DNA from: Hemiscyllium ocellatum
Lineage: Eukaryota
DNA: 64,000 nucleotides
Assembly (NCBI RefSeq): GCF_020745735.1
Contig: NC_083410.1
Location: 54,100,117-54,164,116, forward strand
Direction of reading: 5' to 3'
The position numbers and the translations under genes were made by a program. The notes beneath the pieces are model-generated. The model was not told where the DNA came from. It was given only the letters and a program-made list of their open reading frames with translations, and made no database searches. Shown here piece by piece: positions 63,450 through 64,000 of this stretch. Within the stretch, counting starts at the first letter, position 1, and the number at the start of each line of letters is the position of its first letter.

Positions 63450-64000
63450 CTTGTCTACACCATGTTCATATTGTATGGATATCATCTTCTTCCATTCTTC
63501 ATCCACAGAAGTAAGCCTCATCAAATTATCAGTCTCATCACATCATCACAGCTGCTTTCAGACCTCCCTCACAAAACACTTCAGTCCTTCAGGACTTCAT
63601 TTTAAAGCTTACGTACAGAGATGGCTTGCATGGTTCTGCCAGGTTGCTTTCTGTGCACAGACACATGGATCTCCTGCATCTCTGGCTCCTAACTTTATTT
63701 CTTCATGCTCACTCAATTGGCACTTTGAAGCTGCCAGAGTGTGTGGCTTGCATTGCTTTTCAATGCAGAGGGAGAAGCAAGCAGCTTGTGAAGATTGGAG
63801 TATTGAGCAGTCAAGTGATTGGCATGATGCTGTAGAGCACCATGCTTTGTCAATGCTAAATACATGTCAAACACTCTGCATTTGCTTCAACCAAGTGACC
63901 ATGCAACAAAGTTGATGGTCACTTGTCCTTAGAGGAGTTACGTGGGCTTTGGTCAATCAGGGAATACCACCATAGTCATTCAAGGGCTTGTCCAATTATT
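63450..64000 (-). mobile_element. Possible Harbinger transposase C-terminal remnant
   Basis: Weak VTPLR, GALQH and an acidic tail, in the expected order. Confidence 0.35.

Noticed and set aside
1-64000. CRISPR arrays, operons or prokaryotic defence systems
   Set aside because: The sequence is vertebrate intronic DNA. The recurring short repeats are dispersed transposon ends, not regularly spaced arrays.

Overview
This is eukaryotic, repeat-rich DNA from a cartilaginous fish. The species call is an inference from the HE1/V-SINE, SacSINE1-like, HER1/CR1 and Penelope families, most likely a shark. The only host-gene coding sequence I can support is on the minus strand: two neurexin-1-alpha (NRXN1) splice-site-1 microexons, 30 nt at 53739-53768 (GLAHLMMGDQ) and 12 nt at 52908-52919 (GKIK; mammalian GKSK). 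A candidate third, frame-preserving 12-nt microexon (EDSK) lies at 52761-52772. The rest of the window is therefore inferred to be NRXN1 intron. It is filled with nested, mostly decayed transposons: Penelope-like elements, many reduced to short TSD-flanked or fold-back pLTR units with minimal hammerhead-ribozyme cores; CR1/L2/RTE/Tx1 LINE fragments; SINEs; PIF/Harbinger fossils; Gmr1-like Gypsy elements; and solo LTRs. A roughly 4 kb transposon-free zone surrounds the microexons. Most ORFs in the supplied track are spurious or transposon-derived. All family assignments come from manual translation and recalled consensus motifs; no database search was run, and transposon boundaries without a stated TSD are approximate.
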